From: Octopus vulgaris
Lineage: Eukaryota
Direction: 5' to 3'
Length of the DNA: 64,000 bases
NCBI GenBank assembly: GCA_951406725.2
Contig: OX597824.1
Location: 91,946,001-92,010,000, forward strand
In this document: positions 1 to 13,774 of the stretch, piece after piece
Layout of the letters: the number at the start of each line of letters is the position of its first letter
Numbering within the stretch: the stretch's first letter is position 1
Notes under the pieces: generated by a model
Told to the model about the DNA's origin: nothing
The model's database searches: none
Seen by the model: the letters and a program-made list of their open reading frames with translations, nothing else
Made by a program: the position numbers and the translations under genes

Positions 1-62
1 TTCATACAGCACCAGGAGAGAAGACAAAGAAACAAAATAAACTAACAAAAAATTACTGGATA

Positions 63-120
63 ATTCCAGATCCCGGATTTCTGACTTTGCATAAGAAATG
101 CTTTGCTTCATCAGTGGAAT
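63..120 (-). ncRNA. Type I hammerhead ribozyme motif (Penelope-like pLTR fragment), stem II imperfect
   Basis: Minus strand reads ATTCCA-CTGATGA-agcaaagcatttcttatgcaaagtca-GAAA-TCCGGGAT-C-TGGAAT. Stem I ATTCCA/TGGAAT, intact core, stem III ATCC/GGAT, AUC cleavage triplet; stem II only partly paired (GCAT/ATGC). Confidence 0.65.
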
Positions 121-468
121 ATACGCAGATAGTAACATAAATACACATATATATATATACACATATATATATATATACACATAATATACGAATACTTACA
201 TATACGAACGTATACATACATAAGTATGTGCACGTATGCACACGACCAGTTTAAATTGCCAGCTTCGTGCGATATCCTTTTGTCTTTTTTTCTGGTGCTC
301 TATGTACATTTAATGCGGTTTTAGAGTCAAGTTTTGGCTGCTATTTCCATCGAGGAGGTATCTCTTATATATCCTAAATTATAATTTCAATAATAATGAT
401 TACCTTTGAAGGCTTTTATTCGCATGCTGGCCACTTCGATAATTAAATTAACGATCTTATATATGTAA

Positions 469-512
<44 letters not shown>

Positions 513-774
513 CACATAATGTTGGGAGTGTACCTTTAAGTTTCCGCGACAGTTTGCATGATCTTGTGCATGAAATGCGTGCAAGTGTGCAAGCGTATAG
601 GAATGTTATTTATCCATGTCAGTAGTTACGTAGGAATAGCAACGACAGCCGAGTTGAGACGATTATGTCATCATCTGGAGGAAACACAACGATACATTTC
701 TAGAAAACTATTATCGAAATCCAACACAAATATACATATATTTATATATATACATACATATATACACACACACA

Positions 775-891
<117 letters not shown>

Positions 892-1331
892 GTATGTATA
901 TACTCATATCGACACTTAGAAGTTTTAATATGCACCTGACTGTGTGAGTATGAATTTTTATAAGATTTATATCTATTCATATTTGTTCTGTTTCACACTT
1001 TGCTTTCCCAAGCCTATTAACGAACACTAGCAGGCGTGTAAGCGAATACATATTTGCATATAAATATATACAATGTCGTTGCGTTGAATTTGAAATAGGG
1101 GACAATGTATTCAACGCATTTCCGAGAAAATATCTCATTAATATTCATAACCAAATCAGGCCTTTTCGGCACTAATATACATAAACAATATTTGTGTCTA
1201 ATTTAAATGTCAATTCAAGATTTTCAAAGGAACTTCTTTCATAAATATGATTCACTGCTACGTTATGAGCTAACAGCAGAAAATCTATGTGGTTGCTCGA
1301 TGTGCTAGAATTGGTAACCTAATTTTTAAAG

Positions 1332-2205
1332 TATCAGGTCATCCCATAAGTTATGTCCGAATTTTGAATAATAGAAAAACAAGTGATTAAATGTTATATT
1401 TAATTTAAATTTAATCATCAATGTACTTTCCCTGATTCTCTATAACTTCCTTTTTTTTAATCCCATTAATGTAAAACTTTGGGATTAAAACTTTTTGATC
1501 CCATCAATGTTAAACTCTTTTGGTTTCAAAGCGAAGAACTCTGAAATGTCAGTTTCTACCTCCTCCTGGATTGCGAAAGTTATGTCCCCAAAATGATTCT
1601 GTAAACAACGAAACAAATGGTAGTTTGTAGGAGCAATGCTGGGAGAATAAGGTGGATGAGGAATTTTTTTCCAACCAAGCTCTTCGATCTCCTGTGATGT
1701 GATCTTTGCAGTGTGGTATCGCGCATTGTCATGATGAAACATCACTCCTTTTCGATTCACGAAAGCGGATCTTTGTTCTTCAAAGCTTGGTTCAAACGCT
1801 CTAATTGCTGACAGTAGACTTGAGCATTGATTGTTGCATTAGGTGGTAACAATTCAAAGGGAATTACTCCTTTGCAATCCCACCAGATAGAGAGAAGAAC
1901 CTTTTTTCCCATGAAGTCCCCTTCTCTGTTGTGGTTGAGCTTTTTCCCTTTTACCAAGCCACTGTTTACGACGTTTAACATTTCGATAGAAGATGAAAGT
2001 CTATCCCAAAAAGAGTAAAATGCGTTCGCGAGGATAGAGAGAAGAGCAGATGTCAACTCGGGATTTGCGGTTGCTTTCGGACAATTCATGAGGCTCCCAT
2101 TTTCCAAGTTTAGGAACCTTTCCAAGTTGTTGAAGATAACGATGAACAACCTTTTCAATAGTCTTGATTCTCAAGACTATTGAAAAGGTTGCAAGACGCA
2201 ACAAA
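1332..2205 (-). mobile_element. Degenerate mariner (Tc1/mariner) transposon; fragmented transposase pseudogene, one end preserved
   Basis: Overlapping frameshifted ORFs give WEPHEL, KVLLSIWWD, HHDNARYH, PHPPYSPSIAPTNYHLF (mariner YSPDLAP.D motif) and C-terminal EVIENQGKYIDD*. A TA followed by TCAGGTCATCCCATAAG at 1332 looks like a terminal repeat. Confidence 0.9.
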
Positions 2206-2307
2206 AATTTAAGGAAAATAAAAATAAGAAATAAGTGGAAATTTTACCGGTGAGTGTGTTAAATTATAAGGCACAAAAAGAAAATATCTCTCCCCAGACA
2301 CAACAGA

Positions 2308-2399
<92 letters not shown>

Positions 2400-2420
2400 C
2401 TGTGTGTATGAGAAATATGA

Positions 2421-2745
2421 AGGTGCGTACCTTAGTGGTTAGGGCATTCGGCTCACGATTTTAAGGTCGTGAGTTCAACACCCGGTGACGCGTTTTATCC
2501 TTGAGCAGGACACTTTATTTCATGTTGCGCCAGTCCACTGAGCTGGCAAAAATGAGTTGTACTTGTATTTCAAAGGGCCAGCCGTGTCACATTCTGTGTC
2601 ACCCTGAATCTCTCTGAGAATTATGTTAAGGGAACATATGTCTGTGGAGTGCTCAGCCACTTGAACATTAATTTTACTAGCGAGCTGTTCCGCTGATCAT
2701 ATCAGCTGGGACCCTCGTCGTCGTCGTCGATACCGACGGAGTGCT
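2421..2745 (+). mobile_element. tRNA-derived SINE (family C-like)
   Basis: Head with A-box/B-box-like motifs (ccttagtggttag ... gagttcaacacc). The body segment ttcatgttgc.ccagt.ca....gctg recurs at ~4.2 kb and ~47.25 kb. Confidence 0.65.
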
Positions 2746-2901
2746 TCTATGCAAGAAATAATGGTACAACAAAGCAGTAAAAAACATTAATCACCTTACC
2801 TGTAAGAAACACTGATATACCTGAATTCTCCAAACACATTTTCTTTTGTGAACGGTGTAAATTTCGGTTAGGTTCTGATCATTAGAGAGGTTAAGAGGAA
2901 A

Positions 2902-2946
<45 letters not shown>

Positions 2947-3591
2947 GAGAAGTGAGAGAAGAAGAGAAACAGAAAGACAGAAAGCAATAAACCTAAAATG
3001 TCAAGTGAAATTTCCTGTTAGTGTGTCACTAACGATAATTCGAGCAAGAATCTGCGTACAACAGCATTTAGTTATATAACTTTATTTTTCGACTCTTGCA
3101 CACTACGCTAAATTGAACAAAACTTTCCAAAAGAATAATTACCATTTAATTTCCCCATAAATTATAAGACAGTTTTATCTTGTCGTATACGTTTTAATTT
3201 TCAATTATTTACACAGCGAACATTTTCACTTACGTCTTATCATCCATGTTTCACGTATGTATATTTGTCGCAAAATTGAATGTAACTTGCCAAAAGTAGG
3301 CTATTGTGCTTATATATTTGAGAAAATTCAGCACAAATCTTTACGTGGTAGACATTATCCACCTGTTCAATATGTACTTGTAGCAAAATTTCCGTCTGGT
3401 CTGCAAATATCTTTCTAATTCGTCAGATTAATCTGGAATGAAAATGAAAACCATTTCTAATGATGTTAATTTCTGATGAACCAATAAATCTTTTCCAGTA
3501 TTCCTAATCTGGATATCATCACGTTGCAATCACTACACTAAAGTCCAAAGGGTGAGAACATTCCAAATGTTATTGCATTATTATCAACATA

Positions 3592-3988
3592 GGCGTAGGA
3601 GTGGCTGTGTGGTAAGTAGCTTGCTTACCAACCACATGGTTCAGGGTTCAGTCCCACTGCGTGGCACCTTGGGCAACTGTTTTCTACTATAGCCTCGGGC
3701 CGACCAAAGCCTTCTGAGTGGATTTGGTAGACGGAAACTGAAAAGAAGCCCGTCGTATATATATATGTATGTGTATGTGTGTTTGTGTGTCTGTGTTTGT
3801 CCCCCTAGCATCGCTTGACGACCGATGCTGGTGTGTTTATGTCCCCGTCACTTGGCGTTTCGGCAAAAGAGATCGATAGAATAAGTACTGGGCTTACAAA
3901 AGAATAAGTCCCGGTGTCGATTCGCTCGATTAAAGGCGGTGCTCCAGCATGGCCGGAGTCAAATGACTGAAACAAGTAAAAGAAAAAA
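3592..3988 (+). mobile_element. tRNA-derived SINE, family A (full length)
   Basis: A-box TGGCTGTGTGG, B-box GGTTCAGTCC, internal TA/TG microsatellite and A-rich tail. Close copies at 5909, 26519, 26948(-), 56715(-) and 62775(-). Confidence 0.85.
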
Positions 3989-4171
3989 TATCCGACACAT
4001 TACGACGTCGGTTACCACAACAACCAGAATGGAAATAGACATATGGCCAGTATCTATCTGGAAAGCATTTCGTCCTTGCTAGTGAGGGAGAGACTATGTG
4101 GTCAGTCAACATTTCAGAAAGGAAAATGAAATCTATGCTAAATTACACCGACCACTCGGGAAAAAAAAAAC

Positions 4172-4445
4172 AGGCTGTGTGTTGTGTTCTTGAGGAAGAC
4201 ATTTTGTTTCATGTTGCTCCAGTTCATTTAGCTGTATGAATGAGTTGCAACGTCACTGGTGCCAAGCTGGATCGGTCCCTTTGCCTTTCCCTTGGATAAC
4301 ATTCGGTGGCGTGGAGAGGCGAGGCTGGTATGCATGGGCGACTGCTGGTCTTCCATAAAACAACCTTGCCCGGAAGTATGCCTCGGAGGGGAATTTACTT
4401 TCTAGGTGCAATCCCATGGTCATTCATGACCGATGGGGGTCTTTG
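4172..4445 (+). mobile_element. SINE body fragment
   Basis: Shares sequence with the inverted copy at 33545-33697 (ctttcccttggataac..tggcgtggagagg..gaggctggtatgcat) and with the family C body. Confidence 0.55.
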
Positions 4446-4515
4446 CTTTGATACTGTGGTCCTCAGAGGAATATGGCTGAATGCATTTTCTTGGGCAGGA
4501 CTGATCTGGGACTAA

Positions 4516-4585
<70 letters not shown>

Positions 4586-4635
4586 ATAATAATAATAATA
4601 ATAATAGTAATAATAATAGTAATAATAATAATAAA

Positions 4636-4883
4636 GCAGTTGTGGTTGATGAAAAAGGTAACAGTAGTAACAATAATTGTCGGAGCCCTGGGAACAGTGA
4701 ACAAAAATCTCGAGAGGTACGTGGAAGAAATAGGGGCTGCAATAAAGGTCGAGCACTGCTTGAAACCGCTCGAATACTCTGGAAGGTGCTTGAAAAGTAA
4801 GAGGTGTTACCTTAGTTCACTGGTTGGGAACAGCTGACACCGTAGTACTTCTCCAGCGTTAGAAGCTGTGCAAAGGCAATAAT

Positions 4884-4935
<52 letters not shown>
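4636..4935 (+). mobile_element. 3' end of an RLE-type (Dong/R4-like) LINE with (TAA)n tail
   Basis: Translation WLMKKVTVVTIIVGALGTVNKNL matches the C-terminus (IPIIVGALG) of the long copy at 35.3-37.5 kb. Flanked on both sides by TAA repeats. Confidence 0.7.
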
Positions 4936-4938
<3 letters not shown>

Positions 4939-5578
4939 GTAATTATTATTATTATTGTGGAGCTATCTTCCACTATAACCCTGCACCGACAACTGTGATG
5001 TAAGTAAGTTATTTGGCAGACGGAAACTGTGTGTTTGTTTGTGTTTCACATCTGCTTTTCATGACTTAAATCCTTATTCTTAGGAAGGAGCTGGTTTCTA
5101 TCAAAATCTTGTTCCACTTACAAATGCAATTTGTAATGTGTGAAGTTAGCTGGTTGTTTTCTTCGGAAAGCATTAGCTTTTCCAAATTGTCACTTAGGCA
5201 TTTATTCACTAAAGCAAGTGCACCAATTATTATTGGTAGAAATATGAATTTATAATCTGGAAGATGACGGTTTCAAAGCAGTTTCCAATTGTTATTCTCC
5301 TGCTCTTTGATTTCTAAAGACCTATTCACATCAGGAACACAGCTGACCACTATGACGGCACATACTTTTCTTGTCTGTCCCAAATGTCTGTGTGTGTGTA
5401 TGTATATATATATATATATATATATAAGTAGATAAATGAATTAACTTATTACGGATAATTCGAAAAATAACCGATACCTGGGTAGCAAACTCACAACAGA
5501 AAGAACACGGTTGAAGTTACGACCATAGGGCATATACTCCGTGCCTTAGTGCGGAAATTTGAAGTTTAATTTAATATT

Positions 5579-5790
5579 ATAAGTATAGGAAAGAATGGAG
5601 CTGAGCGAAAATTTAACAAAATTCCTTTATTTTATTTTCGACATATGTTTCGAAGTCTGCAAAATTCCTAATTCCGAATGAATAAGGAGTCCATGGAATT
5701 AGGAATTTTGCAGACTTCGAAACATATGTCGAAAATAAAATAAAGGAATTTTGTTAAATCTTCGCTCAGCTCCATTCTTTCCTATACTTA

Positions 5791-5791
<1 letters not shown>
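5579..5791. repeat. Near-perfect 97-bp inverted repeat (19-nt loop) containing the 3' half of a hammerhead (GAAACATATGTC)
   Basis: 5579-5675 is the reverse complement of 5695-5791 with one mismatch. It lies within a ~360-bp insert bounded by (TA)n. Confidence 0.9.
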
Positions 5792-5847
<56 letters not shown>

Positions 5848-5908
5848 CGTTGTGTGTGTGTGTGTTGTGTGTATGTATATGTATGTATATATGAGTGTGT
5901 ATATGTGT

Positions 5909-6071
5909 GCGCAGAAGTGGCTGTGTGGTAAGAGCTTGCTTACCTGGTTCCAGGTTCAGTCCCACTGCTTGGCAACTTGGGCCAGTGTCTTCTATAGCCT
6001 CGGACCGTCCAAAGCCTTGTGAGTGGATTTGGTAGACGAAAACTGAAAGACGACTGTCGTATATATATAAT

Positions 6072-6144
<73 letters not shown>

Positions 6145-6340
6145 CTATGTGTGTGTATTTGTGTTTGTCCCCCTACCCAAAAGCGCTTGACAACCGATGC
6201 TGGTGTGTTTACGTCCCCGTAACTTAGCGTTTCGGCAAAATTGACCATTACAATAAATAATAGGCTTACAAAGAATAAGTCCTGGGGTCGTTTTGTTCGG
6301 GTAAACCTTTGAAATTGGTGACCGAGCGTGGCTGCCATTT
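5909..6340 (+). mobile_element. tRNA-derived SINE, family A (diverged)
   Basis: Aligns by eye to 3592-3988 across head, body and tail. Confidence 0.8.
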
Positions 6341-7177
6341 AAGAGATACGCTCAGATATAACATCATGATGTCTTGAGACTTGATTTTGGGATTTTTTTT
6401 CTTTTCAATTCTGCTCTACGACGAAATTCGAACAAGGATCATGTACGGCTATGTTTAAAACTTGGCGAATGTAGTAAAATAACCGAAGAGATATAAAGAG
6501 GTAGGGGTAGGCTGGAAATCTTAGAATGAAAGATTTGAGGGAGAAAGATATGAGGACGACACATAGAGGAGGGGCTGGAAAAAAGATAGATAGATAAAGA
6601 GACAGAGGAAGGAAGTGAATGAGAGAGAGAAAGAAAGAGACAGAGAGAGTGTGTGGCGGAGAAGGGAAACATGAATGAAGGCAATAAGGAGTGAAGAATT
6701 GGAGAAAAACAACATAATTGGATGTTGGTTTGGAAAAAGCATTATTGCTTTGCTTCTAATTAAAGATTTCACTGTATTCATTTAGCTTCTCGGTGCTTCG
6801 TCGGCAAAGTTGTAGCGCCTCCATATACACTGGAATTGGTCACACCCGCTCTAACCCAGTTCCCTACAATATCGATTCGGAAGTGTTTCTCGCTCTCTCT
6901 CTCTCTCTCTCTCACTCTCTCTATTTCCCTCTCCCTTCCCCTCTGTCTGTCTCTCTCACTGTCTCTATCTTTCTAATACCACCCATATTTCACATTCACG
7001 CTTTTTCTTTCTATATATTTACCCCCCTCCTCTCTTCCTCCTCTTCTCTCTATATGTCTCTCTTTCTTCTCTCTTTCCACATGTATGTGTGTGTGTCTGT
7101 ACATTCATGCATATATACACATATATACGTCTATATACACATAGGGATGGACCTATGCATATATTAACTTATGTAGA

Positions 7178-7219
<42 letters not shown>

Positions 7220-7224
7220 GTATG

Positions 7225-7288
<64 letters not shown>

Positions 7289-7415
7289 GAAACAGCATCA
7301 CATTATATACGCTAGTTGATGTATGTTTGTGTGTGTGTATGTGTGCGCAAGCTTGAGTGTGTTTGCAAAACTACCATTCACTTATATACATACACACATT
7401 TGTACACACACACAA

Positions 7416-7469
<54 letters not shown>

Positions 7470-7797
7470 GCATAATACGTACATACATACACGCACCGCG
7501 TATGAACATAGATACAAACATACAAATTCCTGCGAGTTTGCGCGTCTTTATTTGTGTGTGTGTGTGTGTGTGTGTGTGATAGGGTAGGATCTGTGTGTGT
7601 ATATCTATATATATATGTATATGTATGTGTGTGCCTATATGAAACCTACGCCAGTTATTTCTAGCTGTCCACCTCACACATTTATTTCTGCCTGTTTGTT
7701 TTACTGTTGAGTTTTCTCCCCAAATTTATCAATTACACCCTCTCTCCAGCATCTTTCTCTCTCTCTCTCTCTCTCACTCATACCTCTCCCCTTATAT

Positions 7798-7828
<31 letters not shown>

Positions 7829-8041
7829 TTCCCCTATTTAATTATTTCTTTTATATATTGTTACCACACTCCATCACAACTTCTTGATGTTTTGTTATTA
7901 ACAAGCTTTTTTTAATATATATATTTTTTTTTTCTTGTAGTTTCGTTCGGATCATTTTTGTTTCTTTTTACTTTCGCTTTCTACGCTAAGACCTCGAGTA
8001 CGACTCATCTTCTTTGGCCCCTCCTTGCTATGCACGCGGAA

Positions 8042-8107
<66 letters not shown>

Positions 8108-8259
8108 ACTATCTACCTATCCCAGTGTCTGTTTGTGTATGTATGTATACACAATCTTTGTAAGTCTATGTAAACATGCATATAAAGAAAGTGGGAGAGA
8201 GAGACAGAGGGGGAGAGAGGAGAGTGAGCCAACAGTCAATACTCCCTCTGTATATTTGC

Positions 8260-8321
<62 letters not shown>

Positions 8322-8819
8322 ACACAGAAACACAAACACGCACAAACACACACTAGACACAGACACACACATATATATATATATATATATACCCACACAC
8401 AAACACACACACACACACAAGACACAACCACACGTACACATATGCTTATACGTACATTCATGCAAAAACATACACACATATGTGAATATATTCACGAACG
8501 CAGCAAGCAGTTGGGTTTCATATACGTAGACATTTGAACACACACACGCAGACACACACACAGGCACACACACAAACACAGACAAACAAACAAACAAACA
8601 CACACACACACACACACACACAGAAGCAGGCACATACAAAATATGCCCTTTCTGTATGTGTGTGCATGTATGTCCACGAGTAAGTGTGCGTATTATGAAC
8701 ACATACATCTGTGCCTATGTATACTTATATGACTGATACGTATAAGTCCGGTGTATGCAAATAGGCGTGTATATAGAGAGCACATACATCTATGCTAATA
8801 TGTTCACGTCTATCTATCC

Positions 8820-8873
<54 letters not shown>

Positions 8874-8956
8874 AAATATATATATATATTCATATGTATC
8901 TATGCAGTTATATTATATACATATTCTTAATATATATTATATAGATATATATATGC

Positions 8957-9007
<51 letters not shown>

Positions 9008-9096
9008 CACACACACACACAGACATACATATATATATATATATATATTGTGCCTGTGTGTGTGTGTGTATATATGTGTGGTATATATGTGTAGGT

Positions 9097-9188
9097 AGAT
9101 GCTGAGGATTGATATAGGAAGAGGTCAACACTCGGTTGTGTTCCGATTCTTGTAATTAATATCAAGACGGAAACCTGAGGTCAAATCT
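9097..9188 (+). ncRNA. Degenerate hammerhead-like motif with long stem II
   Basis: CTGAGGA (9102) - TTGATAT...ATATCAA - gacg - GAAA-CCTGAGGT-C (GUC site at 9182). Stem I is poor (AGAT/ATCT offset) and 4 nt are unpaired before GAAA. Confidence 0.45.
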
Positions 9189-9220
9189 CCGTTCTATGAA
9201 ATTTGCTCAATCTACAAACA

Positions 9221-9495
9221 TTCTTCTTCTTCTTCTTCTTCTTCTTCTTCTTCTTCTTCTTCTTCTTCTTCTTCTTCTTCTTCTTCTTCTTCTTCTTCTT
9301 CTTCTTCTTCTTCTTCTTCTTCTTCTTCTTCTTCTTCTTCTTCTTCTTCTTCTTCTTCTTCTTCTTCTTCTTCTTCTTCTTCTTCTTCTTCTTCTTCTTC
9401 TTCTTCTTCTTCTTCTTCTTCTTCTTCTATTTCTTCTTCTATTTCTTCTTCTTCTTCTTCTTCTTCTTCTTCTCCTTCTCCTCCAACTGCTGCTG

Positions 9496-9565
<70 letters not shown>

Positions 9566-10778
9566 TACTACTACTACTACTTATCGTCCTTCCTCATCTC
9601 TCCACTTCCGTTCTCTTTTCTCCTTGTTTGTTTTGTTGTTGTTCTTTCTCCTCTTCTTTTTCTTCTTATTCTTCATTTATTCCTCTTCCACTTCTCTTCC
9701 TCCTCCTCCTCCTCCTCCTCCTCCTTCTTCTTCTTCTTCTTCTTCTTTTTCTCCTTCTTCTTCTTCTTCATTTCCTCCTTACTCTTGTACTTCTCCTTCT
9801 TCTTCCTTTCCTTCTTCTTCCTTTCCTTCTTCTTCCTTTTCTTCTTCTTCTTCTTCTTCTTCTTCTTCTTCTCTTCTTCCTTTTCTTCTCTTTTTCCTTT
9901 TCTTCTTCCTTTTCTTCTTCGTTTTCTCCTCTTTTAACTACTTTCTCTAACACCACCACTTCTTTCTTCTCGTTCTCTATGCCCATCTCCTTCTCTTCTT
10001 CCCCTCCTCCTCCTCCTCCTCCTCCTCCTCCTAATTTTCATCATCAACATCATAATCGTCTTTGTCGTGAATATCTCTACCACCGCTTCGAACAGCATCG
10101 GCACCACCAGCACCACCACCACAGACAGCCCCACCATAACCACCGCCACTACCACCACTATCATCTCCTCTACCACCACAACCACCACAACCACCACAAC
10201 CACCACCACAATTATCTACTCCACCACTACCACCACCACCACCACCACCATCACCACCTCCACCACTACCACCACAATCACCACCACCACCACCACCACC
10301 ACCACCTCCACCTCCATCACCACCACCAACACCCCACCACCACCTCCATCACCCCCCACTTGTTAACTTTGTCGTTATGAAAAATACTACAGCTATATTA
10401 CCAGCATCTCCGCGGAATATAACTTTAATCCAGTAATATTATTACCAACTGGAGCGCCGCCATTCATTATCTTCCCCCTCCTCCTCTTTCTCCTCTTCCT
10501 CCTCCTCCTCTCTCTCTTCCTACTTCATTTTTATCCTCCTCCCCCTCATCCTCCTTCTCCTCCTCCTTATCATGTTTTGTATCTTTTCACTATCGTTACA
10601 CGATAATTATTGCTTCCTTCTTTTGACGTCACCATCACCATCACCATCAATATCATCGTCGTCGTCATCATCTTCTTCTTCACCATCATCATCATCATCA
10701 TCATCATTTCATCATCATCAGCATCATCATCATCATCATCATCATCATCATTTATCATCATCATCATCATCATCATTT

Positions 10779-10810
<32 letters not shown>

Positions 10811-10915
10811 TTATCATCATCATCATCATTTATCATCATCATCATCATCATCATCATCATTTATCATCATCATCATCATCATTTATCATCATCATCATCA
10901 TCATCATCATCATTT

Positions 10916-10950
<35 letters not shown>

Positions 10951-11751
10951 TTATCATCATCATCATCATTTATCATCATCATCATCATCATCATCATTTA
11001 TCATCATCATCATCATCATCATCATTTATCATCATCATCATCATCATCATCATCATTTATCATCATCATCATCATTTATCATCATCATCATCATCATCAT
11101 CATTTATCATCATCATCATCATCATCATCATAATCATCATTTATCATCATCATCATCATCATCATCATTTATCATCATCATCATCATCATCATCATTTAT
11201 CATCATCATCATCATCATCATCATCATTTATCATCATCATTATCATCATCATCATCCTCATCATTTATCATCATCATCCTCATCATGACCAACGGGATCG
11301 TCACACTTTTGGCTGCAACCAGTTTCCCAATCCTCGTCGATAACCATCGCTTCACCTCTTCTACTTCCAGCATCACCGTCATCATCACTATCATCATCAC
11401 AGCAGCGGCAGCAGCAGCAGTAGTAGCAGTACCAGTAAGTCTCTCGTCCACAACAACATACATACCAGCTTGCTATCTTCGTCCTCCTCCCCGTCGTCCC
11501 CACCTGACCTTCCTCCTTCTCTTCTTTTTCGTCGTCGTCCTCCTCTCCCTCCTCCCCCTCGTCCCCGTCCTCCTCCCCCTCATCATCATCATCAACGTGT
11601 CTAACATTATGAACATTTCATTCTGCACCATTACTCTACCTTATCTTTCCACTCTTCCTCTTTCCTCTTCTTCTCCTCCTTATCATAATTATCGTCGTCA
11701 TCATCATCATCATCACCACCAACACCACCGCCACCAACATCAACATCATCG

Positions 11752-11782
<31 letters not shown>

Positions 11783-11975
11783 TTTCATCATCATTATCAT
11801 CTTTATCATCACTATCATCACCATCATCGTCATCGTCGTCAACATCATCATCATTAGCAACATCACTATCATCACCATCATCATCATCATCATCATCGTC
11901 ATCGTCATCATCATCATCACCATCACCATCATCATCATCGTCATCGTCATCGTCATCGCTGTCATCCTCCTCATC
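9221..11975. repeat. Compound trinucleotide microsatellite block (CTT, CTA, CCT, CAC, CAT)
   Basis: Directly visible; explains the poly-L/F/H/S/I/D pseudo-ORFs in this interval. Confidence 0.95.
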
Positions 11976-12149
11976 ATCATCAACATGTTCCTGGCCACCG
12001 AGGCATGTTCTCTCAGAGAGTGCAATTTCAAACCCGCACAAGTGAACATGTGACAAAAAGCAAATTAAAATAAAAAATAAACGGAATTAATTTCGAAAGA
12101 AATATCTACAAAAGAAGTTTTTAAATATAGAATGATTATAGGGGTCCTT

Positions 12150-13200
12150 AGAGAAAATGTGGTTGAGAGCCACTGGTGTAGATGAAGAAGCAGGGCCTAT
12201 GGTTGTTGTAGAATTTACTAGACTAGTGAAATTGATGTCGCTAATATTCTGTTTCATCTCTTGGGAGTCAACGTGTGCAAGAAAGATATCTTCCGTGTGA
12301 GAAGGACTAGGAATAGAATTCAATGCGGGGTAAAGGGGTCGAATGTAACACGAGAGAGGAAAGGTTGGAAGCGAGTAGACGAGGGGGCTTGAGTGGACCT
12401 GACGGGTGGATGTGCAAGAATTGCCTGTTCTGTGAAGGGCCCATTAAAGTAGCTATAACAAAAAAGAAAACAGGCAGCGGAGCCGGCACACCGGAGGCCC
12501 AGACTCTAAAGTGAGTTCATTAGTGAGGGTATAAGCCAAGCAGCTCTCCTCTCAATGCAGTCCAGGATAACAATGCGCGAATTACGTGACATGAGAGCAG
12601 TACACCATTGCAATCCATTAAGAACGTTTTCAGTTGACCACCATTGTATGGGTTTCGAAAATACAAAGATGAAGATCAGATATTTCAGTAAGAACGATGA
12701 TCCAATCCATGACTTGCTGTCATCTTTCCGCAATAAGATAAGAGCAGAGATGGCAAAGTATAAGTGACCTGGTGTGATTTGCATTGACCACCATATCCTG
12801 ATGATCTCTGAGGACCACAAAGCTATCTTTTAATTAAACGAATGGAGAGGAGATGAAGAAAATTAGTTGTGCCAGTCACTCAACTGGTCAGTTATACATG
12901 AGTAAAGGTCAGTTGATGGTGCTCTGTCTCGACAAAGAGGAAACATAAAATATAAAATTGGACAACAAACGGTAAAAAAAGCCGGATTTGGAGGCGAATG
13001 TTGACTCCGCTGCTGCTGGTATTGATGTTACATAAGAATTATGCATCACAGATTTGTGGAGAGCTAAAGTCAAAGCAGATGCTGCAAAAAAGTCACGTCA
13101 TGAATACCTCAAGTGCCAAATGTCAACGAGATAGAGGACCAAGAGAAGTCTTCTTCTTCTCCAGTAGAGAACCACAAATTTAAAACGTCAGTTCCATCTG
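12150..13200 (-). pseudogene. Highly decayed CR1/Jockey-group LINE ORF2 C-terminal fragment
   Basis: Minus-strand pieces SKSGFFYRLLS, LDCIERRAAWLI...LFFCYSYFNG and NSIPSPSH..IFLAHVDSQEMKQNI resemble the LD.VQRRA.RLI / LFYRY..G / WNSLP..VFP tail of CR1-like RTs; many stops and frameshifts. Confidence 0.5.
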
Positions 13201-13774
13201 AAGAGATAGGAAAGGATGGAAATGGCGTAAAGAATGAAAATTACTGGTGTGAATAAGGAAAGATTAAAAGCCAAAACAAATAAATATTCAAATATGAGGA
13301 ATGACAAAATGCGAGGCAGATTCTATAAATTTTCAAGAAGCTGTCGTCTAACGTTAATATTGTGTACATCAAGATTGACACAGGTAATCTATTAACAGCC
13401 GAACACAAGTGCTGAATAATCTAAAAGTAACCGAATTTTTACTGTGTTGAGTGAATGGAAGACAGGAGGCGAATGTTTACAATACAGGAATCGTAGACTG
13501 CGATACAAAACGCACAAAAGTCACAGATGTTTTATGCAAAGCTAAGAGATCGTGTGAGACGGAATGGATTGGATGAAGCAAGAGAAAAAATAAAAACGCA
13601 ACCGATTTAGAAGAAGGAGAATGGATAGAAGAGACAAGAAGTAGGTAGCGACGTTGAGGGTAATCTAATTCTATGTAGATAACAGCTTCTTACTCTCTCT
13701 TACCACCCCTCTCTCTCTTTCTGCATATATATATATATGTGTATGTATATATTTATATATAGATATATGTATAT

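Noticed and set aside
3405-3430. Minus-strand CTGACGA-atta-GAAA
   Set aside because: No stem II, stem III or stem I pairing; chance match.
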